A model generated the notes under the pieces. That model saw nothing but the letters and a program-made list of their open reading frames with translations, did no database searches and was not told where the DNA came from. DNA of 49,884 nucleotides from Leucobacter soli (GTDB lineage: Bacteria > Actinomycetota > Actinomycetes > Actinomycetales > Microbacteriaceae), in contig JBEBTD010000001.1 of the NCBI GenBank assembly GCA_040393965.1, positions 1-49,884 on the forward strand, in the 5' to 3' direction. The translations under genes were made by a program, and so were the position numbers. The first letter of the stretch is position 1; the number at the start of each line of letters is the position of its first letter. Shown piece after piece: positions 19,257 through 30,701 of the stretch.

Positions 19257-19862
19257 ATGCCCTCACGACTCCCCTCGGCGGAGCCGGCCGCCGGCCTCCT
19301 GACCCTTCCCATCCCGCCGCGATACGACCGCTGGCCTGTCGCACTGCAGCACGCCATGCGCCTGCGCGGCGCGCTCGTCCGGTGCGGGCCCGGCATGAGA
19401 GGCGTCGGCTGGCCAGACAGCCCGGGCGTGCGGCTCGCCGCGCTCGGTGCATGGCTCGGCGAGGATCTCTGCGCCAGCCATCTGACGGCTGCCTGGGTGT
19501 GGGCCGCGGCTGAGCACCCGGGCGAACCGCTCCGCCTCGCCGCCAGGGCGGGTGGCTCCCGCCGCTCCCCCGCCGGCGTGCGGCGGTACGAGCTACGCCT
19601 CGGCGACGGCGAGCTCGAGCGCTTCGGCGGGCTCCCCGTCACCACCCGCATGCGCACCTTGCTCGACCTGCTCCACGACCCGAGCGGATTCCCCGAAGAA
19701 GAGCGGCATGCAAGCCGGGCCCTGCTCGCACGGATACCCGACGGGGCCGAGCGCGTCTCGGCCCGACTGCTGGGGCACCGCCGTCCGCATCGCCGTCTGG
19801 CAGTGCAGCGGCTGGGGCTGATCCTCGCCCCCGAACCGGGTCAGCCCGAGCTCACCCGGTAG
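19257..19862 (+). CDS. AbiEi-family-like protein (no nuclease domain seen)
   Basis: ASHLTAAWVW and GGLPVTTRMRTLLDL motifs resemble AbiEi C-terminal domains; convergent 22-bp overlap with rel. Confidence 0.65.
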   Translation: MPSRLPSAEPAAGLLTLPIPPRYDRWPVALQHAMRLRGALVRCGPGMRGVGWPDSPGVRLAALGAWLGEDLCASHLTAAWVWAAAEHPGEPLRLAARAGGSRRSPAGVRRYELRLGDGELERFGGLPVTTRMRTLLDLLHDPSGFPEEERHASRALLARIPDGAERVSARLLGHRRPHRRLAVQRLGLILAPEPGQPELTR

Positions 19863-22084
19863 GCGTCGTACACTCCCTCGATTCGACGCACCGCGTTGAG
19901 CACGTGATCGAGGTGGGTCGTGTTCGCCATCTCGAAGACGAAACGGCTGATGGCGAGCCGCACGCTCGACGTGTTGACCGACGCCGAGAGGATGTTGACG
20001 TGATGCTCGGAGAGCACGCGCGTGATGTCGGAGAGCAGTCCCGAACGGTCGAGCGCCTCGACCTGTATCTGCACGAGGAAGACGCTCTTCGACGTGGGCG
20101 CCCATTCGACGTCGACGAGACGATCCTGCTGCTCGGCGAGCGCCCGGAAGTTGCTGCAGTCGGTACGGTGCACCGAGATGCCCTGCCCCTTGGTGATGAA
20201 GCCGCGGATCTCGTCGCCCGGCACCGGGGTGCAGCACTTGGCGAGCTTGACGAGCACGTCGTCGGCGCCCTGCACCATGACGCCGGAATTCGATTCCTGC
20301 TTGCTCGGATGCCGGGCCGGCGCCGAGGAGATGAGCGCGTCGCTCGGCTCCGTCGAGGCAGCCTCGCGATCGAGGAACGCCGTGATCTTCTCGATCACCG
20401 ACTGCGCCGAGACGTGCCCTTCGCCGATGCCGGCGAAGAGGCCCGCGACGTCGACATAGCGCAGCTGCAGCGCGACCTGTTTGATCGCCTCGGAGTTCAT
20501 GAGCTGGTGCAGCGGCAGGTTCTGCTTGCGCAGCGCTTTCGTCAGCTCGTTCTTGCCGAGCTCGACCGCCTCTTCGCGCCGCTCCTTCGTGAACCACTGT
20601 CGGATCTTGTTCTGCGCGCGCTTGCTCTTGACGAAGTTCAGCCAGCCCTGGTTGGGCCCCGCGTTCGGATCTCGGGAGGTGAACACCTCGACCACGTCGC
20701 CGTTGTGCAGCGGCGTCTCGAGCGGCACGAGCCGCCCGTTGACCCGTGCGCCCATCGTGCGATGGCCGACCTCGGTGTGCACCGCGTAGGCGAAATCGAC
20801 GGGGGTGCCGCCATCCGGCAGGCCGATGACGCGCCCCTTCGGCGTGAAGACGTAGACCTCCTTCGCGCCGATCTCGAAGCGAAGCGCGTCGAGGAACTCG
20901 CTCGGATCCTCGGTCTCGGCCTGCCAATCGCTGATGTGCGCGAGCCAGGCCATGTCGTTCGAGGTCGGGGTGGCGCCGCCCTGCTTGTACTTCCAGTGGG
21001 CCGCGACGCCGTACTCGGCACGCTGGTGCATCTCGTAGGTGCGGATCTGGATCTCGACCGCGCGTCCGTCGGGGCCGATCACGGTCGTGTGCAGCGACTG
21101 GTAGAGGTTGAACTTGGGGGTCGCGATGTAGTCCTTGAAGCGACCCGGGATGGGCGTCCAGCGCGCATGCACGGCTCCGAGCACGGCATAGCAGTCGCGG
21201 ATGGAGCCGACGAGCACGCGGATGCCGACGAGGTCGTAGATGTCGTCGAAGTCGCGGCCCCGCACGATCATCTTCTGGTAGATCGAGTACAGCTCTTTGG
21301 GCCGACCGGTGACCTCACCGCGGATCTTGGCCTCGCGCAAATCGCTCTCGATCGAGCTGATCACGACTCCCACGAGCTCCTCGCGCTTCGGATTGCGCTG
21401 CGAGACGAGGTTCTCGATCTCTGCGTAGAGCTTCGGTTTGAGCACCGCGAACGACAGATCCTCGAGCTCCGTCTTCATCGACTGGATGCCGAGGCGATGC
21501 GCGAGGGGCGCGTAGATCTCAAGCGTCTCCTGCGCTTTGCGCTTCGCCGAATCGGCGGCCACGAACCCCCACGTTCGGGCATTGTGCAAGCGGTCGGCGA
21601 GTTTGATGACGAGCACTCGGATGTCCTTCGACATCGCGACCACCATCTTGCGCACGGTCTCGGCCTGCGCGGAGTCGCCGTACTTGAGCTTGTCGAGCTT
21701 CGTCACGCCGTCGACGAGCATCGCGATCTCCTCGCCGAAGTCGGCGGTGAGCTGCTCGAGCGAGTACTCGGTGTCTTCGACGGTGTCATGCAGGAGGGCG
21801 GCGGCGATCGCGACGGGGGCGACGCCGAGCTCCGCGAGGATCTGGGCGACCGCGATGGGATGCGTGATGTAAGGCTCGCCGCTGCGCCGTTTCTGGCTGC
21901 TGTGCGCGCGTTCGGCGACCAGGTAGGCCCGCTCGATGATCGACAGATCGGCCTTCGGCCAACTGCTTCGAACCGTGCGGATGAGCTCCTCGACCGCGCC
22001 GGGAGCGCCGGAACGGGAGAAGATGCGGGGCACCAGGCGGCGCAGCGAGACGCCGCTCTGCGTACCGGTGTCATTGCTCGACAC
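19841..22084 (-). CDS. rel: bifunctional (p)ppGpp synthetase/hydrolase
   Basis: RRSGEPYITHP, LLHDTVED, KLADRLHN, YQSLHT, EIQIRT, TGS and ACT domains. Confidence 0.97.
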   Translation of the reverse strand: MSSNDTGTQSGVSLRRLVPRIFSRSGAPGAVEELIRTVRSSWPKADLSIIERAYLVAERAHSSQKRRSGEPYITHPIAVAQILAELGVAPVAIAAALLHDTVEDTEYSLEQLTADFGEEIAMLVDGVTKLDKLKYGDSAQAETVRKMVVAMSKDIRVLVIKLADRLHNARTWGFVAADSAKRKAQETLEIYAPLAHRLGIQSMKTELEDLSFAVLKPKLYAEIENLVSQRNPKREELVGVVISSIESDLREAKIRGEVTGRPKELYSIYQKMIVRGRDFDDIYDLVGIRVLVGSIRDCYAVLGAVHARWTPIPGRFKDYIATPKFNLYQSLHTTVIGPDGRAVEIQIRTYEMHQRAEYGVAAHWKYKQGGATPTSNDMAWLAHISDWQAETEDPSEFLDALRFEIGAKEVYVFTPKGRVIGLPDGGTPVDFAYAVHTEVGHRTMGARVNGRLVPLETPLHNGDVVEVFTSRDPNAGPNQGWLNFVKSKRAQNKIRQWFTKERREEAVELGKNELTKALRKQNLPLHQLMNSEAIKQVALQLRYVDVAGLFAGIGEGHVSAQSVIEKITAFLDREAASTEPSDALISSAPARHPSKQESNSGVMVQGADDVLVKLAKCCTPVPGDEIRGFITKGQGISVHRTDCSNFRALAEQQDRLVDVEWAPTSKSVFLVQIQVEALDRSGLLSDITRVLSEHHVNILSASVNTSSVRLAISRFVFEMANTTHLDHVLNAVRRIEGVYDAYRVSSG

Positions 22085-22176
22085 GTCGCACCTCCTGCCC
22101 CATCGGTGATTGAACGTTACACCCCGGCGGAGCCTCAGGGCAAAGCGAGGCCCGGCCGGGGTGCGTACGGTGCGTC

Positions 22177-23220
22177 CTAGGCCCCGACCGGGGCCGTCTC
22201 GTCCTCGTCCTCGCTGTCGACGGCGTCACCGCGATCGCGGGCGCGCGCCTTGAACACGCGCGCCTCGTGCTTCTTGATCGACGGCTCGTTCTGGCGCAGC
22301 TGCGCGTAGACCGGGGCCGCGATGAAGATCGTCGAGTAGGCGCCGACGAGGATGCCGATGAAGAGCGCGAGCGCGATGTCGCGCAGTGTGCCGGCGCCGA
22401 GCACGAAGGCTCCGATGAAGAGGATCGAGGCGACCGGCAGCAGCGCGACGACCGAGGTGTTGATCGAGCGCACGAGGGTCTGGTTCACCGCGAGATTCAC
22501 GGATTCGGAGAACGTGCGACGGTCGTTCAGTTCACCCGGTTCGGTGTTCTCGCGGATCTTGTCGAAGACCACGACGGTGTCGTACAGCGAGTAGCCAAGG
22601 ATGGTGAGGAAGCCGATGACGGCGGCCGGCGTGATCTCGAAGCCCGAGATGCCGTAGATGCCGGCCGTGATGATGAGGTCGTGGAACAGCGCGATGAGCG
22701 CCGCGAGCGACATCTTCCAGGTGCGGAAGTAGATCGCCATCACCAGCGCGGCGAAGAGGATGAAGACCCCGAGCGCGATGAGCGCCTGCCGGGTGATGTC
22801 CTGGCCCCAGAGCGCGCCGATGTACGAGGCGGTGACCTCGTCCTCGCCGACGCCGTAGGCCTCCGCGAGCGCCGCGTGCAGCTCGCGCGACTGCGTGTCC
22901 TCGAGCTGCTCGGTCTGCACCCGGATGTCGGTCTGGCCGACGAGCGAGACGCGCGGCGCGGAACCCGGCAGCACTTCCTCGACGGCCTCTGCCGCGAGCG
23001 ACTGGTCGCGCTCGCCCTCGGAGACGTGCACCTGGAACTGGCTGCCGCCGGTGAACTCGATGCCGAATGTGAAGCCGCCGCGCAGCATCGGGCCGACGAT
23101 GGCGATGAGGATCAGCACCGCCGCGATGGCATACCAGGTCTTGCGGCGTCCGATGAAGTCGATCGACTTCTCTCCGGTGTAGAGAGCGTTGCCGAACTCG
23201 GCGAATGAGCGACGAGCCAT
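22177..23220 (-). CDS. secF: protein translocase subunit SecF
   Basis: GIEFTGG, GYSLYDTVVVFDKIREN, QTLVRSINTS. Confidence 0.96.
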   Translation of the reverse strand: MARRSFAEFGNALYTGEKSIDFIGRRKTWYAIAAVLILIAIVGPMLRGGFTFGIEFTGGSQFQVHVSEGERDQSLAAEAVEEVLPGSAPRVSLVGQTDIRVQTEQLEDTQSRELHAALAEAYGVGEDEVTASYIGALWGQDITRQALIALGVFILFAALVMAIYFRTWKMSLAALIALFHDLIITAGIYGISGFEITPAAVIGFLTILGYSLYDTVVVFDKIRENTEPGELNDRRTFSESVNLAVNQTLVRSINTSVVALLPVASILFIGAFVLGAGTLRDIALALFIGILVGAYSTIFIAAPVYAQLRQNEPSIKKHEARVFKARARDRGDAVDSEDEDETAPVGA

Positions 23221-23221
23221 G

Positions 23222-25126
23222 TCAGCTCTCCTTTCGAGTCTTCGAGGCGGATGCCGGCGTCTTCACGGCGGGACGAGACGCGGTGCTCGTCCGCTCGGCC
23301 ACGGTTCCCGCAGCCTCGGCGGCCTTGCGCTCGGCGATGGTCTGCCTGCGCTCGGCCTCGCGCTTCGAGCCCTGGTTCTTCTTGGCCGCCCCGCGACTCG
23401 CCACGACGGGCTCGCGGAACTGCGCACGACCCCGGTAGACGGCGCCGAGGCGCTGCGGGTCGAGCCCCGATGCGGGATGCCCGCCGGCGTAGAAGCGGGT
23501 GCGCGCGAGCAGGGTCATCATCGGATGCGTGAAGAGCGCGACGACGAGGATGTCGACGAGCGTCGTCAGGCCGAGCGTGAAGGCGAAGCCGCGAACGCTG
23601 CCGACCGCGAGGATGAAGAGGATCGCGGCGGCGAGGAAGTTGATGCCGTCCGAGGCCAGCACGGTGCGGAACGCCTTCTTCCAGCCGTGCTCGACGGCCC
23701 GATCGAGGCTGAACCCGTCGCGCAGGGCGTCGCGGATGCGCTCGAAGTAGACGATGAACGAGTCGGCGGTGATGCCGACCGCGACGATGACGCCTGCGAC
23801 GCCCGCGAGCGAGAGGCGGTAGCCCTGTCGCCAGGAGAGCAGTGTCAGCATCAGATAGGTGATGACGCCGGCGACGACGAGCGAGGCGATCGTGAGCGAG
23901 CCGAGCGCGCGGTACTGGAACAGCGAGTAGACGACGACGAGGATCAGGCCGATGAGACCGGCGAGCAGACCCGCCTGCAGCTGGTTCGAGCCGAGCGTCG
24001 CCGAGATGTCTTCCTGGCTCTGCACGGTGAAGCCGATCGGCAGCGCGCCGAATTTGAGCTGGTTGGCGAGCACCTGGGCGCTCTCCTGCGTGAAGGAGCC
24101 GCTGATCGAGGGGCGACCGTCGAGGATCAAGCCGTTCATCGTCGGGGCCGAGATGACCGTGCTGTCGAGCACGAAGGCGAACATGTTGGCCGGCTCGGGC
24201 TGACCGTACATGCGGGTGCTGATCTCGCCGAAGGTCTTGGTGCCCTCGTCGTTGAGCGTGATCTGGACGACCCATTGTCCGCTGCTCGCGCCGGTCGAGG
24301 TGGTGCCGATCTGCGCCACGGCGTCGGTGATCGTCTCGCCGCCCATCTCGACGGGGCCGAGAATGTACTTGTAGAGCCCGAACTCGTCGCAGGTGATGAT
24401 CGGGCGATCAGTCGGCGCCTCGCTGAGGCCCAGGGTCTCTTCCGCGGTGCAGGTGAAGTCGGCGAACTCGGCGAGCAGCGCCTCGGTGAGCCATGTCTGG
24501 TCGTATGCGGTCTCCGGCAGGGGATCGGGGTAGAGATCGCCCGGCTCGCCCGTCTCCGCGGCGTCGGCCTCGCCCTCGACGGCGGCCTCCGCTTCCGCGG
24601 CGTCTGTCTCGGCTGCGGCAGGATCGGCGGCCTCCTCGGCCGGCGCCTCGGTCGCGGCGGCGTCGCCCTCGACGCCGTCCTCGCCCGTAATCTCCTCTTC
24701 GGCCTCGCCCGCGGGCTGCTGCTGACCGCCGTTCACGCCCAGGTAGAGCACGGGCCGGAAGTCGAGCTTGGCCGAGGCCTCGATGCGCTGCAGCGTCGCA
24801 TCGTCGGCCTTGCCCGGGATCGAGACCGAGATGTTCTGCGTTCCCTGGGTGGCGATCTCGGCCTCGGAAACGCCCGAGGCGTCGACGCGCTGGCGGATGA
24901 TCGCCACCGCCTGCTCGAGCTGCTCACCGGTGACGGACTGCCCGTCGGCGAGCTTGGGGGCCAGGATGATCTGCGTGCCGCCCTGCAGATCGAGCGCGAG
25001 CTTCGGGGTCCAGGTCGCATCGCTGCGCCAGACTCCGAGAGCGATCACGCCGACGAGGGCGACGATGAAGACGAGCAGTGCGATGAGCGAGCGCTGGGCT
25101 CGCCTCACTGCGGGTGACTGCGCCAC
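23222..25126 (-). CDS. secD: protein translocase subunit SecD
   Basis: LALDLQGG, LKFGALP, GITADSFIVYFERIRD; acidic low-complexity insert in the extracytoplasmic part. Confidence 0.96.
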   Translation of the reverse strand: MAQSPAVRRAQRSLIALLVFIVALVGVIALGVWRSDATWTPKLALDLQGGTQIILAPKLADGQSVTGEQLEQAVAIIRQRVDASGVSEAEIATQGTQNISVSIPGKADDATLQRIEASAKLDFRPVLYLGVNGGQQQPAGEAEEEITGEDGVEGDAAATEAPAEEAADPAAAETDAAEAEAAVEGEADAAETGEPGDLYPDPLPETAYDQTWLTEALLAEFADFTCTAEETLGLSEAPTDRPIITCDEFGLYKYILGPVEMGGETITDAVAQIGTTSTGASSGQWVVQITLNDEGTKTFGEISTRMYGQPEPANMFAFVLDSTVISAPTMNGLILDGRPSISGSFTQESAQVLANQLKFGALPIGFTVQSQEDISATLGSNQLQAGLLAGLIGLILVVVYSLFQYRALGSLTIASLVVAGVITYLMLTLLSWRQGYRLSLAGVAGVIVAVGITADSFIVYFERIRDALRDGFSLDRAVEHGWKKAFRTVLASDGINFLAAAILFILAVGSVRGFAFTLGLTTLVDILVVALFTHPMMTLLARTRFYAGGHPASGLDPQRLGAVYRGRAQFREPVVASRGAAKKNQGSKREAERRQTIAERKAAEAAGTVAERTSTASRPAVKTPASASKTRKES

Positions 25127-25220
25127 GTAACAACTTCTTTCTTCTCAATCGCGCCGGGTGGCGCGGTTGACTGCTGGGAAACCGCCGGGAGCCCCCTCAC
25201 CCGGCGCGCAGAGCCGGGGC

Positions 25221-25649
25221 TCAGGCCTTGGGCGTCTCGCCCTCGCCGGGCTCGCCGGTGCCGGTCTCGGGCTGCTCCGCCTCGGGGGCCTCGATCTCGG
25301 TCGCAGGCGCCTCGCCGAGCTGCTCGGGCTCTGCCTCTTCGATGCGCTCGCCGAACGCCGGATCGTCATCGGGCGCGAGCTCGCCGGTCTCGGCGGGAGT
25401 GATGATCTGGCCGATCGCGTTGCGGTGCACGACGAGGCTCGAGTCGCCGCTGCGGACGGTGACGCGGTTCTCCTCGTCGTCAACCGACTCGACGGTGGCG
25501 AAGATGCCCGACTGGAGCATGACCTCGGCGCCGGGGCGCAGGTTGTTCTGCATCTCCTGCTGAGCCTGCTGACGCTTCTTGCCGTTGCGGAACATGAAGA
25601 AGATGAGCACGGCGATGAGGCCGAACATTACGAGTGAAAGCGGATCCAC
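25221..25649 (-). CDS. yajC: preprotein translocase subunit YajC
   Basis: TM then KKRQQ..LRPGAEVMLQSGIFATV; GTG at 25649 after AAGGA RBS; acidic tail. Confidence 0.9.
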   Translation of the reverse strand: MDPLSLVMFGLIAVLIFFMFRNGKKRQQAQQEMQNNLRPGAEVMLQSGIFATVESVDDEENRVTVRSGDSSLVVHRNAIGQIITPAETGELAPDDDPAFGERIEEAEPEQLGEAPATEIEAPEAEQPETGTGEPGEGETPKA

Positions 25650-25706
25650 GGGTGTCCTTTCGGTGGCACGGTCAGATCGGCGCTCTTCACGCCAAACCAC
25701 TCAAGA

Positions 25707-26705
25707 CTATAGGACATCCGGCATGGGGACACCTGTGTGCTCCCAGCCGCGCCGTGTGGCGATGCGTCCCCGCGGCGTGCGGCTCAGCAGCCCTGCCCGC
25801 ACGAGGAAGGGCTCGACCACCGCCTCGATGGTCTCGGCCTCCTCGCCGACGGACACGGCGAGCGTCGACAGGCCGACTGGGCCGCCCCCGAAGCGCTCGA
25901 CCACGGCGTGCAGCACCTCGCGGTCGAGACGATCGAGACCGTGCGCGTCGATGTCGTAGAGCGCGAGCGCCGCGCGCACGGCGTCGAGATCGCCGGGGGT
26001 CTCGTGCACGAGACTGTAGTCCCGCACGCGCCGAAGCAGCCGGTTCGCGATACGAGGCGTGCCTCGCGAACGGCTCGCGATCTCTTCCACTCCTCGGCGC
26101 TCGATCTCGAAGCCCAGCAGACGCGCGGCGCGGGTCACGACGGAGGAGAGCTCGTCCTCGTCGTAGAACTCGAGGTGCGCGGTGAAGCCGAAGCGGTCGC
26201 GCAGCGGATTCGGCAGCAGGCCCGACCGGGTGGTCGCGCCGACGAGCGTGAACGGAGAGAGTTCGAGCGGGATCGAGGTGGCGCCGGCGCCCTTGCCGAC
26301 CATGATGTCTATCTTGAAGTCCTCCATCGCGAGGTAGAGCATCTCTTCGGCGCTGCGGGCCATGCGATGGATCTCGTCGATGAACAGCACCTCGCCGGGC
26401 GTGAGCGCTGAAAGCACTGCAGCGAGGTCTCCGGCGTGCTGGATCGCGGGGCCGGAGGTCTGGTGCAGCGGTTTGTCGAGCTCGGCCGCCACGATCATCG
26501 AGAGCGTCGTCTTGCCGAGGCCCGGAGGGCCCGCGAGGAGGATGTGGTCGGGGGTGCGCTGCTGCTTCAGCGCAGCGTCGAGCAACAGGCGCAGCTGACC
26601 GCGAGCCTTCGCCTGACCGACGAACTCGTTCAGCGAGCCCGGTCGCAGCGCGCCCTCGAAGCCGATCTCGTTCTGCGAGGCCTGGGGCGACAGCTCCCCC
26701 GTCAT
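25707..26705 (-). CDS. ruvB: Holliday junction branch migration helicase RuvB
   Basis: [41 protein letters not shown]. Confidence 0.98.
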   Translation of the reverse strand: MTGELSPQASQNEIGFEGALRPGSLNEFVGQAKARGQLRLLLDAALKQQRTPDHILLAGPPGLGKTTLSMIVAAELDKPLHQTSGPAIQHAGDLAAVLSALTPGEVLFIDEIHRMARSAEEMLYLAMEDFKIDIMVGKGAGATSIPLELSPFTLVGATTRSGLLPNPLRDRFGFTAHLEFYDEDELSSVVTRAARLLGFEIERRGVEEIASRSRGTPRIANRLLRRVRDYSLVHETPGDLDAVRAALALYDIDAHGLDRLDREVLHAVVERFGGGPVGLSTLAVSVGEEAETIEAVVEPFLVRAGLLSRTPRGRIATRRGWEHTGVPMPDVL

Positions 26706-27358
26706 CGGCGGCCCTCTTCGGAGGTCGAGGATCGCGTCCCGAGACGGGGTGTCTGCAGAAGCAGCAGCGCCGCGCGCAGCAGACCGGCCTCGTCGCCCGG
26801 CGCACCCGCATCGAGCGCGTCCTGCACCGCGGCCTTCGCCTGCGCCTCGCTGTAGCCGAGGCCCAGCAGACCCTGCTCGACCGTGCTGGCGGCGCGAACC
26901 CCGTCGCCCGACGCGCCGCCGGCAGCCTCTGCCCCCTCGCCGGGGCCGCTCGCGAGTGCGAAGCCCTGCAGTTTGCCTGCGAGCTGCACCGCGATCAGCT
27001 TCGCGGTCTTCGGGCCGATGCCGGACACCTTGCGGAACGGCTTCTCGTCTTCGGCCGCTGCCGCCCGGGCCACCTCCGCCGGCGACAGCTCGCTGAGCAC
27101 GCCGAGCGCGCTGCGGGGCCCGACGCCCGAGACTCCGAGCAGGATGCCGAACACCTCGAGCTCTTCCGGGGTCGAGAACCCGAAGAGCGTCATCGAGTCC
27201 TCCCGCACCACCAGCTGCGTGTGCAGGAACACCTGGGCGCCGGCGTGCAGGCCGGGCGTCCGGGCGGGCACCTCGGCCCGCATGCCGACGCCGCCGACCT
27301 CGATCACGGCCCAGCCGGCGCCGACTGCGAGCACCTCACCGCGAATAGAAGCAATCAC
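26702..27358 (-). CDS. ruvA: Holliday junction branch migration protein RuvA
   Basis: [35 protein letters not shown]. Confidence 0.96.
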   Translation of the reverse strand: MIASIRGEVLAVGAGWAVIEVGGVGMRAEVPARTPGLHAGAQVFLHTQLVVREDSMTLFGFSTPEELEVFGILLGVSGVGPRSALGVLSELSPAEVARAAAAEDEKPFRKVSGIGPKTAKLIAVQLAGKLQGFALASGPGEGAEAAGGASGDGVRAASTVEQGLLGLGYSEAQAKAAVQDALDAGAPGDEAGLLRAALLLLQTPRLGTRSSTSEEGRR

Positions 27359-27364
27359 GCACTC

Positions 27365-27386
27365 AGCCTAGGGCCGAGGCCCGACA
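27365..27386 (-). promoter_or_regulatory. PafBC-type (RecA-NDp) DNA-damage promoter of ruvA
   Basis: Minus strand TGTCGG-GCCTCGGCCC-TAGGCT matches TGTCGG-N10-TA-N3-T; GTG follows after 6 nt. Confidence 0.8.
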
Positions 27387-27411
27387 TTCTCGGAACCGCC
27401 ACGCCGCTCAT

Positions 27412-27427
27412 TCGAACATAGCTACGA
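27412..27427. promoter_or_regulatory. degenerate LexA (SOS) box candidate
   Basis: TCGAAC-ATAG-CTACGA vs actinobacterial consensus TCGAAC-N4-GTTCGA (2 mismatches). Confidence 0.35.
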
Positions 27428-27464
27428 ATGCCGCTCCCGGGGCGGGCGTTTCGGGCGGGTCGCT

Positions 27465-29243
<1,779 letters not shown>

Positions 29244-29259
29244 TCAGCCAACGCGAACA

Positions 29260-29327
29260 CCGCGACGAGGGAGGCCTGGAAACTAGGACTCGTCGCGGCG
29301 GCTAAGGAGAAGCGAGCCGAACAGCAT
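29260..29327 (-). promoter_or_regulatory. leucine leader peptide / LEU attenuation element of leuA
   Basis: ORF 29327-29283 MLFGSLLLSRRDES* with CTT CTC CTT run; stem ccgcgacgag (29260-69)/ctcgtcgcgg (29289-98); -10 TATGCT 6 nt upstream of ATG. Confidence 0.85.
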
Positions 29328-29355
29328 GTCAGTAGCATAGCACTCGCGCTACGGG

Positions 29356-29727
29356 TCAGCCCTTCCGGTAGGCGGCGGCGCCGAACCCGAGGATCAGGTA
29401 GCCGATCGGCGCGAGCAGCCACAGCAGGAAGAAGGAGAACCCGCCTCCCTTGCCGAAGCGGTCGCCGAGACGGATCGCGACGAAGATCGAGAAGATGAAG
29501 TTCACGATCGGGATCAGGTAGAGCAGGCCCATCCAGGCCGAGTAGCCGGCCACCTTCACGAGCACGAAGAGGTTGACGATCGGGATGATCGCGAGAATGC
29601 CCGGGTAGCCGGCTTTCGAGAAGACGCGCCACAGGGCGATAGCCACGATGACGTACCAGGCGATCGCGAAGATCCCGTAGTCCTGGAACAGCGTGGTGAA
29701 CTGGGCTTGATCGGTGATGCTCTGCAT
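29356..29727 (-). CDS. DUF5684-like small membrane protein
   Basis: WRVFSKAGYPG..AIIPIVN, RFGKG, hydrophobic helices. Confidence 0.8.
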   Translation of the reverse strand: MQSITDQAQFTTLFQDYGIFAIAWYVIVAIALWRVFSKAGYPGILAIIPIVNLFVLVKVAGYSAWMGLLYLIPIVNFIFSIFVAIRLGDRFGKGGGFSFFLLWLLAPIGYLILGFGAAAYRKG

Positions 29728-29777
29728 GGCTCCAGGCTAGTGCCTCCCGTGCGCCGGCGCGCACGAACCGCACGGGC

Positions 29778-30701
29778 TCAGAAGCCGAGTCTTCCGAGCG
29801 CCTTCGGATCCCGCTGCCATTCCTTGAGCACCTTGACCCGCAGCGAAAGGTAGACGCGGCGGCCGAGCAGCTGCTCGATGCCCTTGCGGGCGCGCTCGCC
29901 CACGTCGCGCAGGCGCGAGCCGCCCTTGCCGATCACGATGCCCTTCTGGCTGTCGCGCTCCACGTAGAGCGATGCATAGAGCTCGAGCAGGCCGTCCTCC
30001 CGCTCCTCGCGATCGTCGACCGTGGCGGCGAGGGAGTGCGGCAGCTCGTCGCGCACCCCGTCGAGCGCTGCCTCGCGGATCAGCTCGGCGATGCGGTCGT
30101 CCTCGCTCTCGTCGGTCGTGGTGTCGGCCTCGTAGAGCGGCGGCGAGAGCGGCATGAGGCCGAGCAGCACATCGCTCAGCACGTCGAGCTGCTCGCTCGT
30201 GACCGAGGAGATCGGCACGACCGCATCCCACTCGCGCAGCGTCCCGAGCATCGTCAGCTGTTCGATGATCTCGCTCGAGCCGGCCTGGTCGACCTTCGTG
30301 AGGATCGCCACCTTCTTCGCCCGCGGGAAGTCGTTCAGCCGCTCGTTGATGAAGCGGTCGCCGGGCCCCAGCTTCTCGTTCGCGGGAACGCAGAAGCCGA
30401 TCACATCCACATCGCCGAGAGTCGCCTCGACGAGCGCGTTGAGCCGCTCGCCCAGCAGCGTGCGCGGGCGATGGATGCCTGGGGTGTCGACGATGATGAG
30501 CTGGCCGTCATCGCGGTGAACCACGCCTCGGATCGCGCGGCGCGTGGTCTGCGGCTTCGAGCTCGTGATCGCGATCTTCTCGCCCACGAGCGCGTTCGTG
30601 AGCGTCGACTTGCCCACGTTGGGGCGGCCCACGAAGCTCACGAAGCCCGCGCGGAAGCCCTCGGACGACGCGCCCTGCGCGTCGTGATCCTCGTCACTCA
30701 T
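29778..30701 (-). CDS. era: GTPase Era
   Basis: GRPNVGKST, PQTTR, DTPG, TKVD, KH motif VIGKGG; ATG at 30701. Confidence 0.97.
   Translation of the reverse strand: MSDEDHDAQGASSEGFRAGFVSFVGRPNVGKSTLTNALVGEKIAITSSKPQTTRRAIRGVVHRDDGQLIIVDTPGIHRPRTLLGERLNALVEATLGDVDVIGFCVPANEKLGPGDRFINERLNDFPRAKKVAILTKVDQAGSSEIIEQLTMLGTLREWDAVVPISSVTSEQLDVLSDVLLGLMPLSPPLYEADTTTDESEDDRIAELIREAALDGVRDELPHSLAATVDDREEREDGLLELYASLYVERDSQKGIVIGKGGSRLRDVGERARKGIEQLLGRRVYLSLRVKVLKEWQRDPKALGRLGF

Noticed and set aside
24540-24730. Ala/Glu-rich low-complexity insert in SecD as a novel domain
   Set aside because: Looks like a disordered linker, common in actinobacterial SecD.
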